Below, in pieces: positions 8,084-18,620 of a stretch of 21,217 nucleotides of DNA. Source of the DNA: Ignavibacteriota bacterium (GTDB lineage Bacteria > Bacteroidota > Ignavibacteria > UBA10030 > CAVZMI01); the NCBI GenBank assembly GCA_963776275.1, contig CAVZMI010000004.1, positions 1-21,217 of the forward strand, in the 5' to 3' direction. Numbering within the stretch: the first letter of the stretch is position 1; each line of letters opens with the position of its first letter. The notes beneath the pieces are model-generated. The model was given only the letters and a program-made list of their open reading frames with translations. It did no database searches and had not been told where the DNA came from. Both the position numbers and the translations under genes were made by a program.

Positions 8084-9544
8084 TTAGCTGATTTTTCTTC
8101 TCAGCCGTGCCACCGGAATCATCATCGATTCGCGGTACTTGGCAACAGTGCGGCGGGCGATGTTATACCCCATCTGGTTGAGACGCTGGACCAGTTCGTC
8201 GTCACTCAGCGGATGAAGGTGGTCTTCGGCGTCGATCAACTCCTTCAGGATTTTCTTCACCTCTTTATTTGCCACATTCTCGCCCGATTGCGTCGATATA
8301 CCGTCGCTGAAGAAATATCGGAGCTCGTAAACGCCGTAATCGGTCTGGACATATTTTCCGTTCACCACACGGCTGATCGTTGAGATATCCATATTGATTA
8401 TTGAGGCAATGTCTTTATAAATAAGAGGTTTCAAACCTTCACCGTCGATAAAGAATTGTTTCTGCTTTTCGACGATTGCTCTCATCACGCGAAGCATGGT
8501 TTCGCGGCGCTGGTGAAGCGACGTGATAAACCATTTCGCAGCTTCAAAATTCTGACGAATAAAGTTTTTGGTCTCTTTCGATACTCCGTTTTTTTTCTTG
8601 CGTGAAATCAGGTCCCGATATGCCTTGTTGATGCGAAGCGGCGGAATACTCCGGTCGTTCAACAGCACCGTCGGTTCGCCCTCAACATCCTGCACAATAA
8701 AATCGGGGATAATGTAGTTTTCCTGTGCCGTGAATTCACCTTCACCCGGTTTCGGATTCAGTTTCTGTATGACATCAAGTACTGTTTTTAACTCGTCTAG
8801 AGTTATACAAAGCTTTTTTGCCAGATCTTCGAAGTGTTTCATCGTGAATTCTTCAAAGTACTTCTCGACGACGATCAATGTCAATTGGTGAACTCTGTCT
8901 TTCGACGGCATGGCATTGAGCTGTGCGAGCAGGCATTCCTGCAGCGTTCTCGATCCAATGCCGACCGGATCGAGACTCTGGATTTTCTTAAGTACTTTTT
9001 CAGCTGCTTCAAGGTTGATCTGGAAACCGTGCGTAAGGTTTAAGTCCTGCAAAATCAGGTTCAAGTCCCGCCTGAGATATCCATCTTCGTCAATATTTCC
9101 TATAATTTCTTCGCCGAGTAGGAATTCTTCCTCTGAAATATTTAGCATCCGGAGCTGGTCGAGAAGATGTTCGGCTAATGACGTGCGGGATGGCGAGGGT
9201 ATTTCGCCCTTGTCATCTTCATCATTTGTATTGATTGCCTCGGGGGCCTTATAGCCGGCGTTGTCATCGTTTATATAGTCTTCGAGGGAGTACAAATCTT
9301 CGGTTTTAGTGCTTGTTTCAGCTTCGGTTGCCGTTTCCGATTGCGGCTCATCGGCTGTTTCCGGCGATTCCTGGAGCATTTCGAGTTCTTCTTCTGTACC
9401 CTCTTCTAATAACGGGTTCAATTCGATTTCTGCTTTGATGCGTTGTTCGAGCACAAGTGCCGGCAGCTGGAGCAGTTTGAGATACTGCACCTGCTGGGGA
9501 GACAGCTTCTGCAGGAACTTTTGTTGTTGTGACAAATTTAACAT
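8084..9544 (-). CDS. rpoN: RNA polymerase sigma-54 factor
   Basis: Gln/Leu-rich region I, NPLLE, HTH STISRV..KY and RpoN box ARRTVAKYRE. Confidence 0.97.
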   Translation of the reverse strand: MLNLSQQQKFLQKLSPQQVQYLKLLQLPALVLEQRIKAEIELNPLLEEGTEEELEMLQESPETADEPQSETATEAETSTKTEDLYSLEDYINDDNAGYKAPEAINTNDEDDKGEIPSPSRTSLAEHLLDQLRMLNISEEEFLLGEEIIGNIDEDGYLRRDLNLILQDLNLTHGFQINLEAAEKVLKKIQSLDPVGIGSRTLQECLLAQLNAMPSKDRVHQLTLIVVEKYFEEFTMKHFEDLAKKLCITLDELKTVLDVIQKLNPKPGEGEFTAQENYIIPDFIVQDVEGEPTVLLNDRSIPPLRINKAYRDLISRKKKNGVSKETKNFIRQNFEAAKWFITSLHQRRETMLRVMRAIVEKQKQFFIDGEGLKPLIYKDIASIINMDISTISRVVNGKYVQTDYGVYELRYFFSDGISTQSGENVANKEVKKILKELIDAEDHLHPLSDDELVQRLNQMGYNIARRTVAKYRESMMIPVARLRRKIS

Positions 9545-9575
9545 AAGACGCTCAAAACAGAATTCTTACTTTTTC

Positions 9576-10151
9576 TTATATATTAGCGGTTCCATTGAAT
9601 TTTTTGCACACATCACAAAATTTTCCATACCATTGATTGCCGTAAGCACGTACAAGCGCATCCTTAGTAAAATCTGATAGAAGAATCCCTTCTTTCTTCC
9701 CTTTCAGTAAAGCTGCTTCACATCCCGAAAACTCTTCGAAATACAAAATATCACCGCCAAAATGTCTTATGCGGATCGGGAAAAGATGACAGGAAAGCGG
9801 TTTCTGCCAGAGAACTTCTCCCTGAAAAAATGCATGTTCAATTGCGCACCTTGCAATCCCATCGTTCATCATCACGAATACACATGCCTGGTGATTAAAG
9901 CAGGTTGTAACCCTGTCACCGGGCGAGCCTTCAAAAACCCCCTGTTGCTCGATGACCTTGAGATGATCAGCGTTGAGATACTTGCGGACGTATGGAAGGA
10001 CGGCTTCGAGTTCTACGATTTCGTGGTCGAGCAGCGGAGCCCCGCGTCCACCTTCAACGGTACAGCATGCACCCTTGCATCGAGCGAGGTCACAACGGAA
10101 TTGTGTACGTGCGACTGTATCTTCAATAACAACTTCTCCAATCACAAACAT
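9576..10151 (-). CDS. DUF3109-family Cys-rich protein
   Basis: F.CDL..CKGACC.VEG..GAPL, CVF, CAIE, KP.SCHLFPIR. Confidence 0.85.
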   Translation of the reverse strand: MFVIGEVVIEDTVARTQFRCDLARCKGACCTVEGGRGAPLLDHEIVELEAVLPYVRKYLNADHLKVIEQQGVFEGSPGDRVTTCFNHQACVFVMMNDGIARCAIEHAFFQGEVLWQKPLSCHLFPIRIRHFGGDILYFEEFSGCEAALLKGKKEGILLSDFTKDALVRAYGNQWYGKFCDVCKKFNGTANI

Positions 10152-10216
10152 AGGTGATTATCCACGCCGGTAAAATAATATAACAAAATAGAAAAAGCAA
10201 ATCCTCAATGGCCGAT

Positions 10217-11338
10217 TTATTGTTTTCGGAACATTTTACCTGGCAGCTGCTTTACCAACCCTTTGAATTCGAGTCCTAATAGGTGTACCAGGACGTCGGA
10301 AACCGAAAGTGTAGTTCTTTCGGCAATTGTGTCGACATGTAATGGATTATCGGACAGAATATCGAAAATCCTTTGTTCGAATAAAGTGAGCTCCGGCAAA
10401 ACCGGTTGATTGTCGCGCGTGGAAACGATCGGTTTCAGTTTGGATCCGAGGACGCCGATAATATCGTCAACCGATTGAAGTAATGTCGCCCGCCCTTCTT
10501 TTATCAGGAGATTTGTTCCGGTGCTCCGCGGCTCGGTGATATTTCCAGGAACCGCAAAAATTTCCCGATTCTGGTCGAGGGCGGTGGTGGCCGTGATCAT
10601 AGCTCCGCCCGATTCGGTAGTCTCGACGACAATTGTTGCCAGCGTCATTCCGCTGATGATGCGATTTCGTCGTGGGAAATTACCGGCATCGGGTGATGTT
10701 CCCATCGGATATTCTGAAACGAGGGCCCCGTTTTCGACCAATCTCTCGACGACCGGTTTATTTTCAGGAGGATAGATGACATCAATTCCAGATCCGATGA
10801 TTGCTATAGTACGCCCTTTGTTTTTGACGACGGTTGAATGGGCGATCGTATCGATACCGCGGGCGAGTCCGCTGACTACCGTCAATCCGAGTTGTACGAG
10901 TTGTGCGGCCAGCCGTTCAGTAATTGTCCTACCGTACTCCGAAGGCTTCCGTGTACCGACGATCGCAAGCGCGTAGTTGTCGATCTGATCGAAATTTCCA
11001 CGCACGAACAGAAAGGGTGGAGGATCATATATTTTTTTTAAAAGGAATGGATATGAAGCATCCCAGTATGTGCAGAGCCACCCGCCGGATTTTTTCAGTT
11101 TTGAAAGCTGTTCAGAGCTGAATCGATCTCCTCCCTTATGATGAGCTATAGTCACAGCGACTGTCCGGTTCATACCTTCAACAGATGCCAACGATTTTGC
11201 CGAAGACCGGAGTACGGTTTCAGCATCGCCAAAATGGTTGACGAGTGCTCTAATTCTTTGCGGCCCAACTCCGGGAATTGTCGATAGTCGAAGCAGCGCA
11301 GATAAATCCTGTGTTGTTTGTCGGGATGATGAATTCAT
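10217..11338 (-). CDS. dprA: DNA-processing protein DprA
   Basis: YP.LLK.IYDPPP, AIVGTR, VSGLARGID..AH, FPRRNRIISG, and a C-terminal winged helix. Confidence 0.97.
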   Translation of the reverse strand: MNSSSRQTTQDLSALLRLSTIPGVGPQRIRALVNHFGDAETVLRSSAKSLASVEGMNRTVAVTIAHHKGGDRFSSEQLSKLKKSGGWLCTYWDASYPFLLKKIYDPPPFLFVRGNFDQIDNYALAIVGTRKPSEYGRTITERLAAQLVQLGLTVVSGLARGIDTIAHSTVVKNKGRTIAIIGSGIDVIYPPENKPVVERLVENGALVSEYPMGTSPDAGNFPRRNRIISGMTLATIVVETTESGGAMITATTALDQNREIFAVPGNITEPRSTGTNLLIKEGRATLLQSVDDIIGVLGSKLKPIVSTRDNQPVLPELTLFEQRIFDILSDNPLHVDTIAERTTLSVSDVLVHLLGLEFKGLVKQLPGKMFRKQ

Positions 11339-11383
11339 GAGGTATTGTCGCTCTGGTAACTTTTAGAATGAAAATGTTTTTTC

Positions 11384-12739
11384 CTATAGTGATTGTAATT
11401 CTTTTATAAATTTTTCGACAACTTTCTGTGCCTCGTCCAGTGTATGTGCTTCTGCGATGATGCGGATGATGGGCTCGGTGTTCGATTTCCGCAAATGTAC
11501 CCAGTAATCGGCAGAGTCGATCTTCAATCCATCGTCGGTGTTGATTTTTTCGGAACTGTAGCGACTCTTGAACGCTTCGATTACATCATCGGGATTCCTG
11601 GAGCCGATTTCAATTTTACTTTTTACTATCGAATACTGCGGCAGGCTGGCCTTAAATGCCGACATCGTTCCATTAAATTCTGCCAAACCCTGGACAACGA
11701 GTCCGACACCGACCAGAGCATCCCGGCCGAGATGAACACTGGGTAGAATAACTCCTCCGCTTCCTTCACCTCCGACGAGAGCGCCGATTTCATGTATTTT
11801 CGTTGCCACATTGATTTCACCGACCGCAGTTCGGACGACCGTTGCCACAAACTGCCTGGCAATATCGTCGACTGCGCGGGTTGTCGAGAGATTGACTACG
11901 ACTTTTACCCCTTTTTGCTTATCTTTTAATAGCACAAGCCGGATTGCGCTAACAACTGTATATTCCTCACCTATAGGATTGCCATGTTCATCAACGAACA
12001 CCACCCGGTCGACATCGGGGTCGACCGCAATGCCAAAATCGGCCTTTTCAGCGACTACACGTTTTGATAGATCGGTAAGGTTCTCCGGGGTCGGTTCGGG
12101 TGCATGTGTAAATAGGCCGGTCACTTCACAATTCAAAGGAATGATTTCGCATCCAAGAGAGTTCAGGAGTTTCGGAATGACCAGTCCGCCGGCGGCGTTC
12201 ACACAGTCGAGAACGACGCGGAATTTTCGTTTCGCTATGACATTGATATCGATATAAGGAAGAGAGAGAACATCCCGAATATGCCGGTCGATAAAATCTT
12301 CTTTCACCGAGTAACGGCCGATTCGGTCCCATGATGCATATTTCGGAGTTTGTTCCGCCAGTTTCCAGAATTTTTTATTTTCTTCACCATTCAGGAACAT
12401 CCCGCTGCTTGCTAAAAATTTTAAGCCATTCCATTGTATCGGGTTATGACTTGCGGTGACGGCAATACCGCCGGCCACGTGAAGTTTTTCAACGGCGAGC
12501 TGGATGGTAGGGGTAGGACATATTCCCAGATCGATCACGTTGCATCCCATCGCGAGCAGTGTCGACGAGGCAATATCGGTAATAATTTTTCCGGTGATTC
12601 GTCCGTCGCGGCCGATCACGACGGATCCGCGGCTGCAATATTCGGCATATGCCGCGGTATATTTTACAATTACTTCAGGTGTTAGCGTTTCACCAGCGAT
12701 ACCGCGGATACCTGAAATACTTACCATTAATGATGACAT
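11384..12739 (-). CDS. glmM: Phosphoglucosamine mutase (alpha-D-phosphohexomutase family)
   Basis: TASHNP catalytic serine, DPDVDR metal loop and GGEGSGG sugar-binding loop. Exact substrate (GlcN vs Man/Glc) is inferred. Confidence 0.85.
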   Translation of the reverse strand: MSSLMVSISGIRGIAGETLTPEVIVKYTAAYAEYCSRGSVVIGRDGRITGKIITDIASSTLLAMGCNVIDLGICPTPTIQLAVEKLHVAGGIAVTASHNPIQWNGLKFLASSGMFLNGEENKKFWKLAEQTPKYASWDRIGRYSVKEDFIDRHIRDVLSLPYIDINVIAKRKFRVVLDCVNAAGGLVIPKLLNSLGCEIIPLNCEVTGLFTHAPEPTPENLTDLSKRVVAEKADFGIAVDPDVDRVVFVDEHGNPIGEEYTVVSAIRLVLLKDKQKGVKVVVNLSTTRAVDDIARQFVATVVRTAVGEINVATKIHEIGALVGGEGSGGVILPSVHLGRDALVGVGLVVQGLAEFNGTMSAFKASLPQYSIVKSKIEIGSRNPDDVIEAFKSRYSSEKINTDDGLKIDSADYWVHLRKSNTEPIIRIIAEAHTLDEAQKVVEKFIKELQSL

Positions 12740-12920
12740 AATAATTTGAATTCAATGGAATTCTCTTACTTGTGATTTCCTTGCGTGATCGCTAAAAAAT
12801 ATTTTCACTTTCCCATAATCTTCTTCACAATCCCATCAGTCTCGTTCAGCTCATCTTTCAATTGTTCGCGGACTTGAGAGCGCAAACGGCCGAGTTAACC
12901 CCGCGTTGCTTTATATGTGA

Positions 12921-13340
12921 TCAGATTAATAACCTGTTGAGATCCATTCGATGCGCTTCCTTCAAATGCCCGTCGCGCGACTTCAATTCCATCACAATAT
13001 CACCGGGATTGCATCGTATGTGCTTCCTCATTCCATGGAACATGCTGCCCGCTGCTATCTTGTATGTCGTGAATAATCCGATTTTTTTACCTTTGAGATC
13101 CGGTAATCTTTTTGAGAATTCAACCCAGACTTTTTCGGGATGCTGGAAGAGTATCATTAATCCGCTCGTCCAGCATCCCAGAAAGATATAATCTATATCT
13201 TTTATATCATCATCTCTGTAGTCATTAATCGAAATAAATTCCGATTCGATGTTGTTTCGATTCAGAAAATCACTGATCTCTTTGCCGAATGTTCTCGTTA
13301 TGCCTGTCTTACTATGATAAATGACCAGTGCCTTTTTCAT
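12921..13340 (-). CDS. Flavodoxin-like protein
   Basis: VIYHSKTG.T FMN-binding loop, DYIFLGCWT, LKGKKIGLF.T. Confidence 0.8.
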   Translation of the reverse strand: MKKALVIYHSKTGITRTFGKEISDFLNRNNIESEFISINDYRDDDIKDIDYIFLGCWTSGLMILFQHPEKVWVEFSKRLPDLKGKKIGLFTTYKIAAGSMFHGMRKHIRCNPGDIVMELKSRDGHLKEAHRMDLNRLLI

Positions 13341-13343
13341 TAT

Positions 13344-14005
13344 TTATAATCCGAATAGAATCCCGGCAATGATCTTTATATCCCGTGATTTATATTCGCT
13401 GTTGACACTGAAGTCACGTGATCCACCGATTTCTGTAAGGCCGAGGGAATATCGTCCGTCGATAAAAATAGCCCACTGGGAATCTGCTTCAAATAAAAGT
13501 CCACCCCCGAAGTCGAGGGCGAAGTCGGTTGATTTCGTATTTTCCTTGACGTTTTTCGAGTATGTTTTTCCCAAAGCCTCAGCTTCTAGTTCTGCAGAAA
13601 GCCTGATTCCGAGATTGGGTCCGGCGAAAATATATGGTTTGAAGCTGCCGGACCGAATTTTACTCCGATGACAATCGGGATCTCGAGATATTCAAACTTC
13701 GCCGTCATTGAACTGACATATTTAGGATCGGAAGCTGTTGCTCCGATACCTTTTTGAGTGTATCGTATCTCTCCACGAATGAAGGCCACGTTGTGAAATG
13801 ACAATTCTGCGACTCCTCCGAACGTTGGTACCGTCCGTGAGTTAAGAGTGATTGCGGATGGAACATTGGTAACAGAGGCATTGGCGAAATTCAATCCTCC
13901 ATCGATGCCGAGGCGAACCGACGCTTGAGCCGGTGCATACGAGGGAAGAAGAGAAATAAGGACGAAAAGTACCAATGCTCGAAAAAGCAAGGATTTTGTG
14001 CACAT
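13344..14005 (-). CDS. Outer-membrane beta-barrel (PorT-like) protein, frameshift near 13650
   Basis: Signal peptide, G..GGLNFA, Y.QKG, YLEIP. The other frame continues PYIFAGP.LG...D.RY.LGL and ends GILFGL. Confidence 0.75.
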
Positions 14006-14057
14006 AATTCCTCCGGTGAGATGGTAGTTATTACTTTATAGTGAGATCGATATGTAT

Positions 14058-16574
14058 TTATTCATGAACTGAAATTGTTTTTTTCAACCGTATGTCTCTT
14101 GATGAACTTCCGGCGAGAATTATAAAATCACCCGGTTCGATCACCCATTTCATTTTTTCAGGATCGAAATATTGAAACGCATCGGCATGGAGCGTGAAAT
14201 GCACCTCTTTGCTTTCTCCGGCTTTCAGCGCGATTTTTGCAAATTCCTTCAGCTCCTTCACGGGTCTTGGAAGAGAGGAAACCGGATCCCCCACATAGAG
14301 TTGAACCACCTCGGCACCGTCAACCTTCCCTGTATTTTTAACTGTCAATTGTACTTCCACCGGCTCGGACGGGGAAAAACGATCCTTGTTCACAATAATG
14401 TTAGAATATTCGAACGTGGTGTAGGAGAGTCCGAATCCGAACGGGAATTGCGGCTCGATATTATCCTTATCAAAATGTCTGTAGCCGAGAAAGATGCCTT
14501 CAGCATATTTCACGTGTTTGTCGCCGTCGTCATCGTAATAGCTTTTATAAGTTGCGTTATCCTCCCAGCGTTTTTCGAAACTTACCGGTAATCTTCCGGA
14601 AGGATTGGTAATTCCCAGGAGAATTTCGGCGAGCGCGATATTTCCTTCCCCTCCCGGATACCACGCGTGCACAAGTGCTTTGGTGTTACTCAACCATCCG
14701 TTCATATCCACGTTGCCACCGGCATTGAGCACCACAATAAAGTCTTTTCCGGTTTTCATGATTTCGTGGATCAATTTTTCCTGTTCCTTGGGTAACGAAA
14801 AACTTCTATCAATACCTTCCCGTTCTATTTCGTGATTGAAGCCGACACAGAGTATAGTAAGGTCGCTCTCAACAGCAAGTCGTACCGCCTTTTGGAGGGT
14901 AAGCGTTTCTTGTTGTTCGCACACTGCCGCTGCCTCGTATCCCATCCTGAGTACACCATGATCATCCCATTGTACATACTGCAGGACAACGGTGTTTTCA
15001 TTACCCCCTTCAAGTTTTACCATTGCAGAGTGAGCAGTTTCTCTTATGCTGCCCCACGATTCAAGCACCAGTTGGTCATTAATTATCAACCTGAATCCAT
15101 TCCGGGTAGACACAACAAAATGGTATGTGCCACCTTGATCAACTTTCAAGCGTCCGGAAAATTGTGCGGCAAAACGCTGTCTTGATATCCCTGGCATAGA
15201 ATCGCTGAAAACCTGATTTATTTTTGGGAAGGTCTGTTGATAATCCGGTGTACCCTCAGGCCACTTTTGTGAATAGAATTCGCCTTTCATTCCCGGGGTC
15301 TTTTTACCGTCGACGTAGCTATAAAAATCTGTCCGATTAAAAAACTCATCCGGCATTAAGTCATCCTCGTAGATACCCGATTCACACTTGATTTTAAGGT
15401 TGCTTCCGGCGATCTTTTGCATTGCTTCGTAGAATGAAAGAGAGTTGCGCGGATAAATAAGCGAACTTCCGCCGCCTCCTGTGACGGCAGGATCTGCATT
15501 CGGACCTATCAGCGCGATGGTTTTTATTTTCGATGTATTCAGCGGCAGGATATTTCCCTCGTTCTTCAGCAATACAATTCCTCCGCGGGCGGCATCAATG
15601 GCTGTTTTCCGCACCGAGGCGGAGTCGAGCAGATATCCTTTGCTGTTATCCGGATTTTCAAAAAATCCGAACCGTTCGTATTGACGGAGTATTCTTCGGA
15701 TCTTATCATCGATGGTTTTTTCTGAAACCCTTCCGTCTTTAATTGCCGGAATTAACATATCGCGGCACATGAATTTTCCGGAGGGCATTTCGAGATCGAG
15801 TCCTGCATTTGCGGAGGCAACTCCATCATACGTTGATCCCCAGTCCGACATTACTATGCCGTCGAACTTCCACTCGTCTTTCAGGATTTTGTTGAGCAGA
15901 TAATCATGTTGTGATGCATGCACACCGTTGATCAAATTGTACGATGTCATGATTGCCGCGATGTGTCCCTCGGTGACCGATGCGTGGAAGGCCGGGAGAT
16001 AGATTTCGCGCAATGTCCTTTCATCCATATCGGATGAAACATTATTGCGGTCGTATTCCTGGTTATTGGCCATATAATGTTTGGCGGTTGCCATCACGCC
16101 TTCTTGCTGCATACCTTTGATGTACATCGCGGCAATTTTGCCGGCCAGATAAGGATCCTCGCCGAGGTATTCGAAGTTTCTACCGCACATCGGCGCCCTG
16201 TGAATATTCATCGCGGGGCAGAGCATGATATGGACATTTTTTGCTCTTGCTTCCTTTCCGATCGCATTTCCAAACCTGGAAGCCAGAGCAGTATCCCATG
16301 AAGCCACCAGCGTGATGGTTGCCGGGAAAGCTGTCGCAGGGCCGTAGTTGCGGACACCGACCGGACCGTCGGCCATCCGGGTCTGTGGTACTCCCAGACG
16401 TGGAACAGCGCGGATGTTAAAATCCTCGAATCCGCCGATGAAGTCAATTTTTTCTTCCAGAGTCATTTTAGAAATGATGTCCTCAATTCTATTATTGGAT
16501 GAGGATGGCTGGCTTGATGCAGCCGAAATTGTTATCAACATGGTCATGATTAGAAATGAGATTATGTTTTTCAT
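14058..16574 (-). CDS. Secreted GH3 beta-glucosidase with PA14-like insertion and Fn3-like C-terminal domain
   Basis: Signal peptide, MTLEEKI, GRNFEY.GEDP, KHY, MSDW nucleophile, VLLKN, FPFGFGLSYT, EVVQLY. Confidence 0.93.
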   Translation of the reverse strand: MKNIISFLIMTMLITISAASSQPSSSNNRIEDIISKMTLEEKIDFIGGFEDFNIRAVPRLGVPQTRMADGPVGVRNYGPATAFPATITLVASWDTALASRFGNAIGKEARAKNVHIMLCPAMNIHRAPMCGRNFEYLGEDPYLAGKIAAMYIKGMQQEGVMATAKHYMANNQEYDRNNVSSDMDERTLREIYLPAFHASVTEGHIAAIMTSYNLINGVHASQHDYLLNKILKDEWKFDGIVMSDWGSTYDGVASANAGLDLEMPSGKFMCRDMLIPAIKDGRVSEKTIDDKIRRILRQYERFGFFENPDNSKGYLLDSASVRKTAIDAARGGIVLLKNEGNILPLNTSKIKTIALIGPNADPAVTGGGGSSLIYPRNSLSFYEAMQKIAGSNLKIKCESGIYEDDLMPDEFFNRTDFYSYVDGKKTPGMKGEFYSQKWPEGTPDYQQTFPKINQVFSDSMPGISRQRFAAQFSGRLKVDQGGTYHFVVSTRNGFRLIINDQLVLESWGSIRETAHSAMVKLEGGNENTVVLQYVQWDDHGVLRMGYEAAAVCEQQETLTLQKAVRLAVESDLTILCVGFNHEIEREGIDRSFSLPKEQEKLIHEIMKTGKDFIVVLNAGGNVDMNGWLSNTKALVHAWYPGGEGNIALAEILLGITNPSGRLPVSFEKRWEDNATYKSYYDDDGDKHVKYAEGIFLGYRHFDKDNIEPQFPFGFGLSYTTFEYSNIIVNKDRFSPSEPVEVQLTVKNTGKVDGAEVVQLYVGDPVSSLPRPVKELKEFAKIALKAGESKEVHFTLHADAFQYFDPEKMKWVIEPGDFIILAGSSSRDIRLKKTISVHE

Positions 16575-17198
16575 GGTTATTATTTTCTACGAGGTTTTTA
16601 TAAATATATTGGATTGAGTAAAGTCAAGAGGAAAAAATGGATAAGACCTGTTTCCTTTGATTAAATATACCAGAATTATGTATATGGGGCAAATATTTTC
16701 TAAGTTTTTTTAATACCGGTTCGTTAAGTTTATTAAAACTTAATGTCTCTATTCGCTGACCTCTCTCGATGGATCGAATAAATCCCGATATACTGGACGA
16801 TTTGCTAATTATCGGACGGCAGCTATTTTTGTGTAAAATTTTCTATCCTGATTGTATAGAAATATATTCCGCTGCTTAAATTCATTGCATTAAAAGAAAT
16901 AGTATTCTACCGGCGGTTTTTTCTTCGTTCACTAACGTAGTTATCTTTCTTCCGATGATATCATATATTTCGAGGTTTAGAAATGAAGTGTGAGGGATTT
17001 GAAAATAGATTTTAATTCATGGGAGGTGTCGTTTGAACCGTAAGAGAATTGTAAGTAATTGCATTATAATAAGCGACAAATAAAAGGATTAGATCGGTTT
17101 TCAAAATAATGAATTAGTGCTTTTCGCTCAACCCTGTTCTATTCTTTCTTGAAACTCTTACTTATTTTCATTATTATAAGTACAAATTTGGTCAAATC

Positions 17199-17756
17199 AT
17201 GCGTCTTACTGATGACGATAAACAACTCCTGCTCGATATAGCCCGAAAAGCTATCGAACGGGCCGTACAGGGTCAGTCTCAGCCCGAGATTCCACAGCAT
17301 TCAGAGGCACTCGATCAGCCATGCGGTGCTTTTGTAACACTGACAGAAAAGGGAGAGCTCAGAGGGTGCATCGGGTACACAGAGGCCGTACTTCCACTCA
17401 TTGAAACCGTCCGCGATGTGGCGCCCCGCTCCGCCCTCGAAGATCCGCGGTTTGCGTCTGTCGAACCCGAGGAAATCGGCGATCTCGAAATAGAGATTTC
17501 CGCTCTCTCGCCGATGCGGCAGATTGCAGATATTAATGAGATCGTTGTCGGAACACACGGCATCATGATGCAGCAGGGATATTCAAAAGGACTCCTGCTC
17601 CCACAGGTGGCAACCGAATATAATTGGGACCGGGATACTTTTCTGCGGCAAACGGCTCGGAAGGCCGGACTTCCGTACGATGCCTGGAAGAATCCGATGA
17701 CAAAGATTTTTATTTTTTCTGCCGATGTTTTTCATGAGCAGAAAAAGAAAAGGTAA
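17199..17756 (+). CDS. amrA: AmmeMemoRadiSam system protein A (AMMECR1 family)
   Basis: GAFVTL...G.LRGCIG, DPRF, GLLLPQVA.E..W, KAGL. Confidence 0.93.
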   Translation: MRLTDDDKQLLLDIARKAIERAVQGQSQPEIPQHSEALDQPCGAFVTLTEKGELRGCIGYTEAVLPLIETVRDVAPRSALEDPRFASVEPEEIGDLEIEISALSPMRQIADINEIVVGTHGIMMQQGYSKGLLLPQVATEYNWDRDTFLRQTARKAGLPYDAWKNPMTKIFIFSADVFHEQKKKR

Positions 17757-17762
17757 AGTTCA

Positions 17763-18599
17763 ATGTGCCCGATGATACGAAAGCCTGTTGTTGCCGGCAT
17801 GTTTTATCCCGGTTCACCAGCGCAGTTGTGGAGTGATGTCCGGTCTATGCTGGCAGAAATCCCCGGCCGTACCGGAGCGGGAAAGGTCATCGCTGCGATT
17901 GTGCCGCATGCCGGTTATGTGTACTCGGGAAAAACCGCCGCAGCTGCATATGCTGCATTACGCCAATCGGATGCTGAGACGATTGTGATTATTTCGCCGA
18001 GTCATCGCGAGTATTTTTTTGGTGCATCGATCTATGAGGGAGATGCATACGAGACACCGCTCGGTGTCGTAGAGATCGACACGGTATTGCGTTCACGTTT
18101 GGTAAAAAGTGATGAACACATTGTCAGCGGGGTCGAAGGGCACCGGGCCGAACACGCGATTGAAGTCCAGCTTCCTTTTCTGCAGGAAGTATTACCCGGG
18201 AAAAAAATTCTTCCGATCGTTATGGGGGATCAAAGACGCCAGCTTTGCTTTCTCCTTGCACAGAAACTCGCAGAGTGTTTGAAGGGAAAACCTGTTGTGA
18301 TGATTGCCAGTTCAGATCTCTCACATTTCTATCGCTATGAAGTTGCAAAACAGCTCGATCAGATCGTTATCGATGACATAAACCAGTTCGATTATGAAAA
18401 ACTCATGAGCGATCTTGAGTCCGAGAAAACAGAAGCATGTGGAGGAGGTCCGATTGTGGCGGTGTTGATGGCGGCTGGTCAGCTAGGCGGTACCAAGGCG
18501 AGCGTTCTGGCTCATTGTAATTCCGGAGATGTCACCGGCGATCGTGAGGGCGTAGTCGGTTATATGGCTGCTGTTGTTGAATCGGCGGTGGTACACTGA
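17763..18599 (+). CDS. amrB: AmmeMemoRadiSam system protein B (MEMO1 family)
   Basis: R.P.VAG.FYP, PHAGY.YSG, EHAIEVQLPFLQ, SSDLSH, CGGGP, VVGY. Confidence 0.93.
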   Translation: MCPMIRKPVVAGMFYPGSPAQLWSDVRSMLAEIPGRTGAGKVIAAIVPHAGYVYSGKTAAAAYAALRQSDAETIVIISPSHREYFFGASIYEGDAYETPLGVVEIDTVLRSRLVKSDEHIVSGVEGHRAEHAIEVQLPFLQEVLPGKKILPIVMGDQRRQLCFLLAQKLAECLKGKPVVMIASSDLSHFYRYEVAKQLDQIVIDDINQFDYEKLMSDLESEKTEACGGGPIVAVLMAAGQLGGTKASVLAHCNSGDVTGDREGVVGYMAAVVESAVVH

Positions 18600-18620
18600 T
18601 GGCTCGAAACTTACGGCCTT

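Noticed and set aside
7850-8383. 177-aa plus-strand ORF and other short antisense ORFs within housekeeping genes
   Set aside because: They overlap well-supported genes (hslV, rpoN and others) on the opposite strand and show no recognisable motifs.
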